Below, piece by piece: positions 52,350-54,710 of a DNA stretch of 54,710 bases. The DNA comes from Kudoa neothunni. Its lineage: Eukaryota > Animalia > Cnidaria. The DNA is taken from positions 4,032,314 through 4,087,023 of the forward strand of contig OZ199839.1 in assembly GCA_964304625.1 (NCBI GenBank). The letters are read 5' to 3'. The notes under the pieces were generated by a model. That model saw nothing but the letters and a program-made list of their open reading frames with translations, had not been told where the DNA came from and did not search any database. Within the stretch, counting starts at the first letter, position 1. The number at the start of each line of letters is the position of its first letter. Both the position numbers and the translations under genes were made by a program.

Positions 52350-54710
52350 TTAATTGGTGGATCTATGAAAACAAATATTTGATAAACACCTGTAGCCCAA
52401 GAGATATAATAAATATTAATGATACCATTATGTTTTATGAGCAATTACAGAACAGCAGTTACGTATTAAAGGAAGGAAAGTGACATAAAGGATAAAGTTA
52501 TCAAAAAAACATAACGATTTTGGTATCACATTTTTTATGTGGAGAAAATTTGCCATTAATAATTGGAAAATAATGAAATCCTAGGTGCTTCAAGCGGATT
52601 AAAACATACCCTATGAGTATTGCGCTCTAAAAAATTCCTCGATGATTTTGGCTATATTTTTCAGGAAATGAACAAGATAAATTCTAAAATGGCGGCGAAG
52701 AACATAAAAATGCCAATCTTGCTGAGCCAGTGCCCAGCACATCCAAAAGAAATCTTTTGTTATGGCAATATAGATCTTTTTAGCTAAAAATACAACATTT
52801 ATTTTCCAACAAATACATCTAGGGGTGATTTCATTGTTTTAAAATTAGAAAAAAAATAATGTGTACTCTTATGATATTATTTGATGATTCATCAAATTCT
52901 AAATATACTTTACTTGATGCAATTTTAACTCCGAAAAGCATGGCATGGAATTGCATCAAAACAAAAATTATTGTGAACATTTCAAAAAATCCAATATATT
53001 TTATGAAAATAAAAGCTAATGCGAACATTTAAAATAATATCTATTGTGTTAGGACAGGGAGACGGAAGGTGATGATAAAAAGGACCAAATTATAAATTAT
53101 AACCAAACTTTTAACATTTTTATTATTGATAAAAAAAAAGAAGACTACCTTTAATGATGGCATCGTTCTTAATTGCGAAGGCGAAAATTACAATTTGCAT
53201 CAACCACAAAACTCCAGTTCAAAGTGAAATAGAATCTGATGATGTACGAACAAAAGTTTCGATAAAAGATGTTAAATAAACAGTAAATATATTAAGAAAA
53301 GCACTTATTCAAGGAGCTACATCTCTAATCTTAGCTCTTACACCAATAATGAATCAAATATTTAAATTATCATCTAAAAAATGACATCAATTGAAAATTA
53401 TTTCATTTAGTTATAAAAATCGATATTTTTGTTCTTGTCGACTTGAAATAATTGTCTTATACATAAGATAATTAATTAATATAGATTAGAACTTAGATAA
53501 ACGTGTAAAACAAGTTTAAATAGAGCATGTTTTTCTGGTACGCGCGTGCGCATGTCTCGATATTGCTTAAAACTTTTTTATTGCGTAATTTTTTCGCAAT
53601 CCCAAAATTTACGAAATATCCAATCTCGACTGTACCATTAGGTATTATAATCAGGGAAACACGATATCTACCAGATTTTGCATCCAATTCTGGATTAATG
53701 TACAACCAAACATAGATGAGCGTAATAGATATGAAGTAGTGCGAAATGTTGATTTTAGATAAATAGGACGCAGAAATAATTTATAAAATAAAATGATATC
53801 TCCAAATAACCTATCATGTTAGTTTCTATTAATATTATAAATGCCTATTGTTCTGTTTACTGAACAAAACTTTCAACTTAAAAATATTAACTTAAAAAAA
53901 TGTTATCCAACAATTTTTGTTTATTCTTGATTAGAATAATATATATATTAATAAAAAATATTTTTTTAAATGATACATTAAAATTAAGGCATAAACGAGT
54001 TTATACCAATTAAAGTAAAAACTGTTGGGATGTCAAAATGACGAATAGTTGCAGATTCATCTCCTTTTCGTGATAAATTTTATAATATCTAGTGATTTAA
54101 TATTTTTCTCAAATTGTTTTACTAATATTGAAAAGATTAAGCATATCTGAAGATTACGAAAAATTCTTATGTAGGCTCGAAAAATAGGTAACAAATGCAT
54201 GAAAAATCTATAAATGAGGATTTTTCGTAATTATAAAATATATCTTTACTACAAATTTATTCACCAGAATGAATATTTTCGTAATATTCAGTCAATCTTT
54301 TAATGCCGTATAAAGGTTTTAATCTTTAAACATGATAACAAATTCGAAAGTACGAAGAATCGGTTAACTACAGAAAGGTCTCGATATAGCGTGGTTTTCC
54401 ATTTTTCATTATTATTTATTTCTGAAAATTGAAGAATCTGGATAAAACTACACTTTAAACTTTATTAAATCTCATATAGGCTGCTAATTTCATTTATAAA
54501 GTTGGGATCATCGAGAATAGAGGGTCTCGCTATTGCGTGGCTTTTTTCAGGAAATAATCCGCTTAATCTCCGCCCTTTGATGCGTTGGAAAATTTGAATT
54601 GGGTAGGTGTTAACCAAATATAAATGAAAAAAAAGAAAATTATTCAATATTACAAATCTATATAATTAATACAACAATCAAAATCTATGATTATTAAGAA
54701 TTGAATTTGC

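Larger units (their letters stand above)
48580..53400 (+). mobile_element. Old Tigger/pogo remnant interrupted by a piggyBac; boundaries approximate
   Basis: Decayed DDE_1 translation continuing after the TTAA: SPRDIININDTIMFY...PLIIGK**NPRCFK. Confidence 0.65.

Noticed and set aside
53460-54710. Short ORFs and TCTATA-type Helitron-like starts near the window end
   Set aside because: No recognisable protein motifs and no matching 3' hairpin within the window.

Overview
AT-rich eukaryotic (metazoan-type) genomic DNA. The proteins are highly divergent and the GT-AG introns short (about 40-90 nt), which suggests a compact, fast-evolving animal such as a parasite; the taxon cannot be fixed from sequence alone. 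Nine spliced host genes can be reconstructed by hand: a class-II DnaJ with a heat-shock element, PSMC1/Rpt2, ATP6AP1/Ac45, V-ATPase subunit F, a penta-EF-hand protein, an otubain, a calponin/transgelin-family protein, an orphan type-I membrane protein and EMC2. They sit among dense transposon DNA: a 3,979-bp Ty3/gypsy element with identical 78-bp LTRs, two copies of a structured tRNA-headed SINE with TSDs, a probable Helitron, four different piggyBac elements, and hAT, MULE and Tigger/pogo elements, including a four-superfamily nest at 37.6-44.0 kb. Most notable: (1) the SINE, with a covarying structured body and an R1-LINE-like tail; (2) the minimal LTR element, whose start codon overlaps its primer-binding site and whose only AATAAA near the 3' end lies outside the LTR; (3) a 35-bp duplication of a splice acceptor that could switch the C-terminus of the penta-EF-hand protein; (4) two convergent genes whose stop codons are about 10 bp apart. 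All calls come from manual reading; no database searches were run.
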